This document shows, piece by piece, positions 23,838 to 32,000 of a DNA stretch of 32,000 nt. The position numbers and the translations under genes were made by a program. A model generated the notes under the pieces. That model made no database searches and was not told the DNA's origin. It was given only the letters and a program-made list of their open reading frames with translations. The DNA is from Geobacter metallireducens GS-15. GTDB taxonomy: Bacteria; Desulfobacterota; Desulfuromonadia; Geobacterales; Geobacteraceae. The stretch spans positions 3,480,001-3,512,000 of the forward strand of contig NC_007517.1 of the NCBI RefSeq assembly GCF_000012925.1, in the 5' to 3' direction. How positions within the stretch are numbered: the first letter of the stretch is position 1; each line of letters starts with the position of its first letter.

Positions 23838-24494
23838 TCACGCTCCTTTCACCGAGAGTACGTTGCTGAGCGGCACGCTGATGCCGCCGATGGTTACGTT
23901 GGGTTCCTTTCCTTCCAGCGTTATCCCTTCCACCGTGCCGACGAGAAGCGGGTTCCCCTGGAACTTCTCCCCCTTGGCATTGTAGCCGGTCACGCTGAAG
24001 CTGTACTGCCCTGCCGGCAGCGTACTTCCGTTGCCGTTTCTCCCGTCCCAGAGGATCGTGCCGTCGCCGGCCCGGGTATTTCCCAGGTTCAGGGTCCGGA
24101 CCACGGTGCCGCTGATATCAGAGATGTTGATGGCCACCTGTTGCGCATCGGCCGGGAGCCGGTAGCCGAGGGCCGGTTTGGAGCCGGCGGTGAGGTTGAT
24201 CTGATCGCCGTTGGCCGTTACCGACTTGCCGATGTACGAGACCGACGAGAGGCTCGTGGCGCCGTTGAACAGGTCGATGATTTTGGTCAGGTTGGAGTTG
24301 GTGTTGTAGGCTTGCTCCACCTGGGTCAGCTGCGCCAGCTGGCCGATGAACTCCGAACTGTCCGCGGGGTTCAGGGGGTCCTGATGCTGGAGCTGGGTGA
24401 CGAACAGCTTGAGGAAGTCGTCCTTGTTCATGCCGGTGGACTTCTTCATGGCCGCTGCCGCCGCTGTCGTGTCAGTGGTGATTCCGTTTACCAC
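23838..24494 (-). CDS. flgD: flagellar hook capping/assembly protein FlgD
   Basis: 218 aa with a GTG start after an AAGGAGGTG SD. It carries the conserved block FLKLFVTQLQHQDPLNP. Confidence 0.95.
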   Translation of the reverse strand: MVNGITTDTTAAAAAMKKSTGMNKDDFLKLFVTQLQHQDPLNPADSSEFIGQLAQLTQVEQAYNTNSNLTKIIDLFNGATSLSSVSYIGKSVTANGDQINLTAGSKPALGYRLPADAQQVAINISDISGTVVRTLNLGNTRAGDGTILWDGRNGNGSTLPAGQYSFSVTGYNAKGEKFQGNPLLVGTVEGITLEGKEPNVTIGGISVPLSNVLSVKGA

Positions 24495-24556
24495 AATTGT
24501 GCACCTCCTTTTCTAAGGGGCTTGGAATGAACTGATAATTTGTTTGTTCCGAGTCC

Positions 24557-25996
24557 CTATAGTCTTACGTCGAGGATCGAGTCGCGCCGGTCGGTGTAGT
24601 AGTAGTCGGCTGCCTGGGTCGCCGGTGCCTCGGTCTCTGCCGTTCCCCGCTGGTACGCGGTCCGGAAGCCCCCTTGTTGGCCGGCCTCCTTCCCCTGGTG
24701 GAAGAGCTGCTCGTACCCCTGGCCCGTGCCGGTGGATACGTCGAAACCGGTCATGGTCAGGTTCTGCCGCGAGAAGTTCTCCTTGAGGGAATCCAGGTTG
24801 CTGAGAAGAATCTCCCGCACCTGGCTGTTGGCCGCCAGCACTTCCACCTTCACGTGCTGATCCACCACCTGGACGTTGATCCGGAGTTCCCCCAGTTCCG
24901 CCGGGGCAAGCCGGATCGCGATCTCGCCGTTGCCGGCCGGCTGCCGGGTTGCGATCCCCTCCTTCACCTGGGCCATGATGCTGTCGCGCAAGCCGTGGTT
25001 CGGCTGGTGCTCTGACTTCGTGGTGCCAGTGAGGGTCGGCTCGAAGGGTTTCGCCGCGTCGGTCTGGACGGGTGCGACGTGGGCCTTCAGGTCAGCGGAG
25101 TTGCTCCCGCCTTTTCCCTGCTCGCCGGTGGACTGCTCCTTGCCGCCTTCATCCCCGATGGTCACCTCCACCTTCTGGAGCTTTGCATCAGTGAGTGGTG
25201 CGGTTTCCGTCCCCGAAGCCTGTTTGGTCTCGGCCGAGGGATTCCCCTCCTTCGGGATGACCGGTATCCGGTCGGGATAGGCTGCCGCCGGTCCCATGGT
25301 GCGGGGTGCCGGTTTGCTGGCTGCCGCCTCCGGTGCCGGTGCCGTTTCGGGCAAGGGCTCGGACGCCTGTGTCCGGAGTTCTACCTCGGTGGTTTTGGTG
25401 GGTTCGAGGTTGACCTTAAGGACCTCCACCGCATTCTTTTCCTCGGCCTTGGGTGCCGGGGTGGCCTGGGGCGCCGGTGCGGCGGGGGCTGCTTCCGTTA
25501 TCGGAGTTTTCGCCTGCGTCGTCTCCCGGGGAAGTTCGGGTTGATGGATGACGGCGTCGGCAAGGGGGGGTTGGGACGGAAGCGCGGCAGGTGCCGTGGC
25601 GGTTGCAGCGGCCATGACCTGCGTCGCCGCAACGGCGGCGCTCGCCTCGATGGTCGTGCCGGTCGGGACAGGGGTTTCGGTGACCGGAGCGGCCTGCGGA
25701 ACGATCGTCCGGGGTGCCACAAGGGATGCGAGCGACATCATGGCTGCTTCGGCGGTGGTGATATCGTCCGGTTTTGCGGCGGTGGCGTTTTGATCGTCCG
25801 GCTCTGCGGTTTCCGCGGGAAGGGATGGCAGTTCCGCGGTCGCCGTCGTGGCGGGGGGCTCAACGAGAAGCCCGGCCATGAGCGAGGCGAAGAGGTCGGG
25901 GGTGGCGGCAGACCCGGCAGGGACTTCAGGTGCGGTTCCGGCGGTGGGGACGGCTTGAGGAATCACCTGGAGCATCTGCATGATCTCCATGCTCAT
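24557..25996 (-). CDS. fliK: flagellar hook-length control protein FliK
   Basis: 479 aa with an Ala/Pro/Thr-rich low-complexity centre and a C-terminal Flg_hook-type domain (IAIRLAPAELGELRINVQVVDQHVKVEVLAANSQVREILLSNLDSLKENF). Confidence 0.85.
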   Translation of the reverse strand: MSMEIMQMLQVIPQAVPTAGTAPEVPAGSAATPDLFASLMAGLLVEPPATTATAELPSLPAETAEPDDQNATAAKPDDITTAEAAMMSLASLVAPRTIVPQAAPVTETPVPTGTTIEASAAVAATQVMAAATATAPAALPSQPPLADAVIHQPELPRETTQAKTPITEAAPAAPAPQATPAPKAEEKNAVEVLKVNLEPTKTTEVELRTQASEPLPETAPAPEAAASKPAPRTMGPAAAYPDRIPVIPKEGNPSAETKQASGTETAPLTDAKLQKVEVTIGDEGGKEQSTGEQGKGGSNSADLKAHVAPVQTDAAKPFEPTLTGTTKSEHQPNHGLRDSIMAQVKEGIATRQPAGNGEIAIRLAPAELGELRINVQVVDQHVKVEVLAANSQVREILLSNLDSLKENFSRQNLTMTGFDVSTGTGQGYEQLFHQGKEAGQQGGFRTAYQRGTAETEAPATQAADYYYTDRRDSILDVRL

Positions 25997-26210
25997 ACTT
26001 TTTCACCTCCTTTCTTTGTGGTATGAAACGCGGCTTTTCCGCGTTTTGCACTGCTATTCAGTTGTCAGAGAACAGAAAAGACATCTTCCAGGAACGTCAA
26101 TTTTTCGCAAGATCAAGGCTGTCGAGGAATTGCGCGGAGGCGTACCTGTTGGTACGCCGCACAAGCGATACCGAAGACTTACGCAGATATTGCGGAAAAG
26201 TGGCGTTCCA

Positions 26211-26759
26211 TCATCTCGCCGCCAGGTTCTGCCGGGTCCACTTGAGCGCCCGCTCCTTCTTGATGAGGGGGAGGAGCTTGGTGGCCCGCTTCTGGTCCAT
26301 CTCGCTCAGGAGCTCCAGGGCCTCGTTCTCGGAGAGGCCGTCCAGGAGCTTCACCGCTTCCTGGGGCTTCAACCCTTTGTAGACCTTGAGGAGCTTCTGG
26401 TAGTTGGCGCTCTGCACCTTCTTACGGGCGTCCAGGGAACGGTCCAGCCCCGCCTTGGCAGCCTCCAGCTCCTTCACCCGCGCTTCAAGGGTAGCTGCCA
26501 GGGCTTTCAGCTCCTGCTCCTTAACGGCGAGGGCCGCCTCCTTGGCGGCGAGCTGCTGCTTTTTCAGCTCCAGGGACGCGGCTTCGCTGACGCCATTTTT
26601 GGTGCCCGCCGTCGGATAGACGGGCGCGGCCACGGCGGGACGCGTGCTGCCCCCTCCGGAGGGCTGGGCCTCGACGGAGGGAGGAGAACAAATCGGCGGC
26701 GCGAGGAGAAGGAAGAACCCCGCCACCGCCACAATCGGTATGAAAGCCTTTTTCCGCAT
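26211..26759 (-). CDS. MotE/MgtE_N-domain flagellar-associated protein
   Basis: 182 aa with an N-terminal signal/TM segment and a coiled coil. The C-terminal block YQKLLKVYKGLKPQEAVKLLDGLSENEALELLSEMDQKRATKLL is MgtE_N-like. Confidence 0.7.
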   Translation of the reverse strand: MRKKAFIPIVAVAGFFLLLAPPICSPPSVEAQPSGGGSTRPAVAAPVYPTAGTKNGVSEAASLELKKQQLAAKEAALAVKEQELKALAATLEARVKELEAAKAGLDRSLDARKKVQSANYQKLLKVYKGLKPQEAVKLLDGLSENEALELLSEMDQKRATKLLPLIKKERALKWTRQNLAAR

Positions 26760-26762
26760 GGG

Positions 26763-27209
26763 TTACCGGTGGGCCTTCTGGATGGCCAGTTCTTCGAGAA
26801 AGGCCCGTTCCTTCTCGGCCCGCTCCCGCCGCAGGGCGGCCATCTGTCTCTCCTTGAGGAGCTCCAGGGCCTTCTTGTCCTTGGCGGCGTCCATGAGCTC
26901 CTCGCGGCGCTCGGTCATCTCCCGGCCAAGGGAGTCCACCTGCACGCGCTGGGACTGGATGTCGCCGGTCTTGCGCCGAAAGAAGTCGGCATACATCTGG
27001 AGCTCGGCGGCATTGACCACGGAGGCCTGCTTGTTGTTGTACTCGACCCGGGCCTGGTCCGCCTCGGCCTTGTGGCGCTCCAGCACCTCGGTGGCGCTCT
27101 CGAACTCGCGCTTGGCAGTGGCGAATTCGACCTTGCGCACCTTCTCGATCTCTTTGCGGTAATTGAGGACCTGCTGCAGTTGGAACCCGTTGTTATGGTT
27201 TTGCATCAT
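26763..27209 (-). CDS. fliJ: flagellar export chaperone FliJ
   Basis: 148-aa all-helical coiled-coil protein, located directly downstream of fliI. Confidence 0.85.
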   Translation of the reverse strand: MMQNHNNGFQLQQVLNYRKEIEKVRKVEFATAKREFESATEVLERHKAEADQARVEYNNKQASVVNAAELQMYADFFRRKTGDIQSQRVQVDSLGREMTERREELMDAAKDKKALELLKERQMAALRRERAEKERAFLEELAIQKAHR

Positions 27210-27268
27210 GGCATGCTCCCGAATCGCTCGGAATCAGAAAGACTTTTCTCTTACCAGGGAATGTGCAA

Positions 27269-28615
27269 TCAGAGTGCCATTCCTTCATCAAAAATGTCTC
27301 CGAGTGCCGTAACCGATTGCTCCATGGTGACCCCGTCATGGATACCCTGGCGGATGTACCCGACCATCCCCTCCATCTTGGAGATGGCATAGTCGATGGT
27401 CGGGTTGGACCCCGGCTTGTAGGCGCCGATATTGATGAGATCCTCCGCCTGCTTGTGGGCCGCCAGAAGCTCCTTGAAGCGGGAGGCGAACTGCTGCTGG
27501 CCCCGCTCGGTCACGTCCATCATGACCCGCGAGGCGCTGGCCAGGACGTCGATGGGGGGGTAGATGGCCCGCGCCGCCAGCTCGCGGTTCAGGACGATGT
27601 GGCCGTCCAGGATGCTCCGCATGGCGTCTGAGACCGGCTCGTTGAAGTCATCCCCCTCAACCAGAACTGTGTAGAGGCCGGTGATGCTCCCGTCCATGAA
27701 GTTGCCGGTCCGCTCCAGGAGCTTGGGAAGCGCGGCGAAGACGGACGGGGTGTACCCCTTGGTAGTGGGAGGCTCGCCGATGGCCAGCCCCACCTCGCGC
27801 ATGGCCATGGCGAAGCGGGTGGCCGAGTCCATCATGAGGAGGACCTTTTTCCCCTGGGCCTGAAAATACTCGGCAATGGTGGTGGCGATGTAGGCCCCCC
27901 GCATCCGCACCAGGGGTGGCTGATCGCTGGTGGCCACCACGACCACCGATTTTTTCAGCCCCTCCTCTTGGAGGTCCTTCTCGATGAATTCCCGTAGCTC
28001 ACGCCCCCGCTCGCCGATCAGGGCGATGACGTTCACGTCCGCCTCGGTGTAGCGGGCTATCATCCCGAGCAGTGTCGACTTTCCGACACCGGAGCCGGCC
28101 ATGATTCCGACACGCTGCCCCTTGCCGCAGGTGAGGAGCCCGTTGATGGCCCGGATCCCCAGATCGAGGGGCTCCCTGATGGGGCGGCGCTTCATGGGGT
28201 TCACGGGATTGGCGTAGATGGGATACTCTTCGCGGGTCGCGAGGGGACCTTTATCGTCAATGGGCTCACCGAGACCGTCGATGACCCGTCCCAGAAGGCC
28301 CGGGCCGACGCCGAGGGATGACTTTTTCCGCTTGACGGAGATGAGGCTCCCGAGCCCGACACCCCGCAACTCACCAAGGGGCATGAGAAGCGTCTTGTTG
28401 TCGCGGAACCCCACCACCTCGGCCGGGATCGGATCGCCGTCGTGGGGATGGACGTGGCAGAGGGTTCCCACGGCCGCATCGGGGCAATACCCCTCGATGA
28501 CGAGCCCCACCACCTGGGTCACCTTGCCGTGAAAGCGGATCGGCGTCATGGTCTCCACGGCGGTGAGATAGCGGGAGAGGTCGATCCTATCCATCGACAC
28601 TGGTTGTCTCCCCAT
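27269..28615 (-). CDS. fliI: flagellum-specific ATPase FliI
   Basis: 448 aa with Walker A GSGVGKST and Walker B VLLMMDS. An alternative start is the ATG at 28594. Confidence 0.95.
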   Translation of the reverse strand: MGRQPVSMDRIDLSRYLTAVETMTPIRFHGKVTQVVGLVIEGYCPDAAVGTLCHVHPHDGDPIPAEVVGFRDNKTLLMPLGELRGVGLGSLISVKRKKSSLGVGPGLLGRVIDGLGEPIDDKGPLATREEYPIYANPVNPMKRRPIREPLDLGIRAINGLLTCGKGQRVGIMAGSGVGKSTLLGMIARYTEADVNVIALIGERGRELREFIEKDLQEEGLKKSVVVVATSDQPPLVRMRGAYIATTIAEYFQAQGKKVLLMMDSATRFAMAMREVGLAIGEPPTTKGYTPSVFAALPKLLERTGNFMDGSITGLYTVLVEGDDFNEPVSDAMRSILDGHIVLNRELAARAIYPPIDVLASASRVMMDVTERGQQQFASRFKELLAAHKQAEDLINIGAYKPGSNPTIDYAISKMEGMVGYIRQGIHDGVTMEQSVTALGDIFDEGMAL

Positions 28616-29501
28616 CGGCCTTGAGCCACGCCCCCTGCCCCGAGAAGGAGGGGATCACGTCGTCGGCGCCGGGAAGGGGAAGCTCGCCCCGGGGCTCCGG
28701 CTCCGCGGGTGCCGGCAATGCCGTTTCCACAGGCGCGCTCCGCTCTTCGAGAAGCGTGCGGTAGATCTCGTCCAGCTGGGACTCGATGCGGGCATCCACC
28801 GTCCCCGTGGCGGTCTCCACGAGGCAGCCCCCCGGCCCCACCCCGTCGTCGGGGGTGAGGGTGATGGGAACGTCGTCGCCAAGGCCTGCCAGAAACGCCT
28901 GCCGGTTTGCCGCCACCACCGTGTAATCGTTGGGATTGAGGCGCACCACCACCCGGTCCCGCTCGGTACACCCCCCCACTGCCGCGGCGATGATGGAGGT
29001 GAGGATCGCCGGATCCTGGGTAATCTCCTGCTGGACGATCTTGCGGGCCACCATGACGGCGAGCTTGAGGACATCCTCCTCGCTCTCCTTGAGGAGCCGG
29101 CTCCGCAACCCCGTCACGGCCGACACGCCGTCGCGCAGAGACTTGAAGACGTTGGCCAGTCCCCGTTCCGCCTGGCGACGCCCCTCGTCCATGCCGTTGC
29201 GGTAGATTTCGTCCACCTTGGCCTGAAAATCCTCCTCGGAGAGTACGATCATCCCCTCCAGGCTCGGCATGGGCGGATCCGGATCCTCGGCAATGGACGC
29301 GACAGGATCGGGAAGCTCCTCCCCGCCGGACACGAAACCGAGGGAGAGGGGAACGAATCCCGACGCGCCTGGCGGCAGTTCCTCGGGTGGCTCCTGGGAT
29401 GGGGCCTCGGCCAGGATGCGGCCGAACGTGAACCCCTGGGGGGTGTGGAGAGAGGGTTCCCCCGCCTTGATGATCCTCGACCGTCCCTTAGACGAGAACA
29501 T
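28587..29501 (-). CDS. fliH: flagellar assembly protein FliH
   Basis: 304 aa with a FliH-type C-terminal region (KLAVMVARKIVQQEI...VVRLNPNDY). It overlaps the fliG 3' end by 14 nt. Confidence 0.85.
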   Translation of the reverse strand: MFSSKGRSRIIKAGEPSLHTPQGFTFGRILAEAPSQEPPEELPPGASGFVPLSLGFVSGGEELPDPVASIAEDPDPPMPSLEGMIVLSEEDFQAKVDEIYRNGMDEGRRQAERGLANVFKSLRDGVSAVTGLRSRLLKESEEDVLKLAVMVARKIVQQEITQDPAILTSIIAAAVGGCTERDRVVVRLNPNDYTVVAANRQAFLAGLGDDVPITLTPDDGVGPGGCLVETATGTVDARIESQLDEIYRTLLEERSAPVETALPAPAEPEPRGELPLPGADDVIPSFSGQGAWLKADGETTSVDG

Positions 29502-30480
29502 CGTCGCCTCCGCGGCCCGCCAGCACCACTTTCCCCTCTTCCTCCAGACGGCGGACGATCTTGATGATCTCCCCCTGGGCCTTTTCCACGTCGGAGAGGC
29601 GGACGGGGCCCATGACCTCCAGGTCCTCCTTGATCATCTCGGCGGCGCGGCTGGAGATGTTGCGGAAGATCTTCTCCTTGATCTGGTCGGGGGCGGTCTT
29701 CATGGCAAGGGTCAGGGTGTCGTTGGAGAGCTCGCGCATGATTCCCTGGATGGAGCGGTCGTCCAGCTTGAAGATATCGTCGAAGGTGAAGAGATGCTTG
29801 CGGATGACCTCGGCCAACGGCGGATTGAGAACGTCGAGCTTGTCGAGGATCTGCTTCTCCTTGCTCCGGTCCAGGTAGTTGAACATGTCGACCACCTTTT
29901 CCACACCGCCGACCTTGTAGCGCTGGATGCCCCCCATGGCGGTCAGCTCCCGCTTGATGACCTCGTCGATGTCCTCGAGGATCTCCGGTGACACCTGGTC
30001 GACGTCGGCGATCCGCATCACCACCTCGGCCTGGAGCTCCTGGGGAAGCATGGCGATGATCTCGCCGGTCTGCTTGGCCCGCAGCTTCGCCAGGATGACG
30101 GCGATGGTCTGGGGATGCTCCTGGGAGAGGAAGTTGGCGATGGTCTTGCCATCCAGGTTGGCCAGGATGTCAACCATGTCGCCGAAGCTGGAAGAACTGA
30201 TCTCCTTGAGGAGCATCTCGGCCTTCTGGGGCCCCAGAGTCTGCTCCAGGATCTTGCGGACGAATTCCTCCCCCTGGGAGAAGATGCCGGTCTCCGGGTT
30301 GGTCATCTCGGTGAACTCGTTGACCACGTCCTGGATGACGGAATGGGGGACATGGCCCAGCTTCGCCATGCTCTTGGATATCTGCTTTATCTCGGAATCG
30401 TCCAAATGCTCGAATACGCTGGCAGTCGCGTCGGGACCCAGGTAGAGGAGCAGAATGGCAGCCTTGTCGGTACCGTCCAT
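29488..30480 (-). CDS. fliG: flagellar motor switch protein FliG
   Basis: 330 aa starting MDGTDKAAILLLYLGPDATASVFEHL. The C-terminal torque-helix region is VRLSDVEKAQGEIIKIVRRLEEEG. Confidence 0.95.
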   Translation of the reverse strand: MDGTDKAAILLLYLGPDATASVFEHLDDSEIKQISKSMAKLGHVPHSVIQDVVNEFTEMTNPETGIFSQGEEFVRKILEQTLGPQKAEMLLKEISSSSFGDMVDILANLDGKTIANFLSQEHPQTIAVILAKLRAKQTGEIIAMLPQELQAEVVMRIADVDQVSPEILEDIDEVIKRELTAMGGIQRYKVGGVEKVVDMFNYLDRSKEKQILDKLDVLNPPLAEVIRKHLFTFDDIFKLDDRSIQGIMRELSNDTLTLAMKTAPDQIKEKIFRNISSRAAEMIKEDLEVMGPVRLSDVEKAQGEIIKIVRRLEEEGKVVLAGRGGDDVLV

Positions 30481-30530
30481 GGTCAGAGCCTCGGAAAACG
30501 TGGGATGGGATGGTGGTTCATGCTAACGGA

Positions 30531-32000
30531 TCACTGTTCCTTGGCGCGGAGCCAGTTCTGGAGGATCTGGGCGGCCTGGTAGGGCTCTTCCTTCACTTTG
30601 TTCATGAGTTCCACCTGCCGGATGGTCTGGTTCTGGATCTGGGCGCGGTGGACCTCGGCGATCTGGTTGATGGTTTCCTCGGCAGTGGAAATCGGCTCGA
30701 AGGAGGTCTTCTTCTCGGGCTTCAGCATCTTCATGAGGGGGCGTACCACAAAGAGGAGGAGTGCCAGGAAGCCGAAGCCGATGAGGCCGTTCTTGAGGAG
30801 CGAGAGGAAGATCGGCGCGTTCCACCACTGGCTCCCCTCGTCGGTGCCCGCCTCGGCGGTATCCTGGAACGGGATGTTCGCCACCGTCACCTGATCACCC
30901 CTGACGGCGTTGAAGCCGACGGCGCCTTTGACCAGAGCCTCAATCTGTTGGAGTTCGGCGGGGGAGCGGGGGGTGTACTTGGGCTTGGCGTTCTTGCCGT
31001 CCTTGCCGACGGCCGGGGCGTCGTACTTGCCGTCCACGAGGATCGCCACCGACACCTTGGAAAGGGCTCCCACCGGCTCGATGGTCCGGGCCGTGGAGCG
31101 GCTCACCTCGTAGTTGAGGGTTTCATCGTTCTTGCTTCCGTTAGGGCCGGTGGCGCCGCCGGCGCCGGCCGGGGTGCGGCCCAGGTTCGTCTGTGCCCCC
31201 GGGACTCCCGCCGTGGCGTTGGCGCCTCCCATGCTCTCCTCGCTGCGCTGCTCGCTGCGGACCACGGTTTCGGGGTCGTACTTCTCCTCGTAGCGCTCCA
31301 CCTGCCGGAAATCGAAGACCGCCGACACGCGGGCCACCGACTTGCCAGAACCGACCGCCTTGTCCAGGAGCGACTGGAGCCGCTCCTCGGTGCCCCGCTC
31401 GTAGGTCCGCTGCACCTCCTGCATGGAGGCGGTCATCTTGCCGGCGGCGTCAGTGGGTCCATTCTTGGAAAGGAGCTTCCCCTTCTGGTCGAGGACGGTC
31501 ACGTGCTCCGGGTTCATCCCCTCGATGGAGGAAGCCACGAGATGGACGACCCCCTGAACATCACTGTCATTGAGTTGGCGATTCCCCTTCACCTTGAGCA
31601 CCACCGATGCGGTGGCGGGCTTCTCGTCCTCCTTGAAGAGGGCCTTTTCAGGAATTGCCAGGTGGACCCGAGCCTGCTCCACCCCGGCGATCTGGCCGAT
31701 GGTCCGGGAGAGTTCCCCCTGGAGGGCCCGCTGGTAGTTGAGCTTCTGGACGAACTCGGTCATGCCAAAGTTTTTTCGGTCAAAGATCTCGAAGCCGACC
31801 CCGCCCCCCTGGGGAAGCCCTGCGGAGGCCATGGTCAGGCGCAGATCGTAGACCTTGTCGGAGGGGACCAGGATTGCCTTGCCGTCGGCGGCGATCCGGT
31901 AGGGAACCTTCTGCTCCTTGAGCTTGGTGACGATCTCGCCGGCATCCTCGGTGGTGAGGTTGGTGAAGAGGGGCCGGTAGTCGGTCCGGTTGGCGACCAT
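30531..32000 (-). CDS. fliF: flagellar MS-ring protein FliF (5' end outside window)
   Basis: At least 489 aa lie in the window, with the conserved block DYRPLFTNLTTEDAGEIVTKLKEQKVPY. The ATG at the window edge is probably internal, because about 40 N-terminal residues including TM1 are missing. Confidence 0.93.
   Translation of the reverse strand: MVANRTDYRPLFTNLTTEDAGEIVTKLKEQKVPYRIAADGKAILVPSDKVYDLRLTMASAGLPQGGGVGFEIFDRKNFGMTEFVQKLNYQRALQGELSRTIGQIAGVEQARVHLAIPEKALFKEDEKPATASVVLKVKGNRQLNDSDVQGVVHLVASSIEGMNPEHVTVLDQKGKLLSKNGPTDAAGKMTASMQEVQRTYERGTEERLQSLLDKAVGSGKSVARVSAVFDFRQVERYEEKYDPETVVRSEQRSEESMGGANATAGVPGAQTNLGRTPAGAGGATGPNGSKNDETLNYEVSRSTARTIEPVGALSKVSVAILVDGKYDAPAVGKDGKNAKPKYTPRSPAELQQIEALVKGAVGFNAVRGDQVTVANIPFQDTAEAGTDEGSQWWNAPIFLSLLKNGLIGFGFLALLLFVVRPLMKMLKPEKKTSFEPISTAEETINQIAEVHRAQIQNQTIRQVELMNKVKEEPYQAAQILQNWLRAKEQ

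Overview
High-GC bacterial chromosome segment that looks Geobacter-like (Desulfuromonadota): multihaem c-type cytochromes, a MacA/CcpA-type dihaem peroxidase, and sigma54/sigma28-type promoters. This taxonomic call is an inference. The right half (14.9-32.0 kb) is one minus-strand flagellar cluster: fliF (partial)-fliG-fliH-fliI-fliJ-motE-like-fliK-flgD-TIGR02530 gene-flgE | intact ISL3-family IS | fliL-fliM-fliN-fliO-fliP-fliQ-fliR-flhB. The IS sits exactly in the T-tract of the flgE terminator and has an 8-bp target duplication. The left half carries a HAD/ferritin-like fusion ORF (partial), a MidA/DUF185 methyltransferase, a PAS-GGDEF-EAL protein, a WYL-domain regulator and a large MCP. It also carries a three-gene envelope redox module (DUF3373 beta-barrel, small secreted protein, octahaem cytochrome c), a divergent cytochrome c peroxidase and a DUF4258/zinc-finger toxin-antitoxin pair. 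The most unusual non-coding signals are: (1) two tandem ~140-nt imperfect palindromes with compensatory base changes between the TA terminator and the flhB stop codon; (2) GGGGAYC heptad arrays (G-quadruplex-type spacing) at three intercistronic junctions of the flagellar operons; (3) near-identical hairpins bracketing the TA cassette. No rRNA, tRNA or CRISPR array was seen. All promoter, terminator and RNA-structure calls come from by-eye motif matching and need computational or experimental confirmation.
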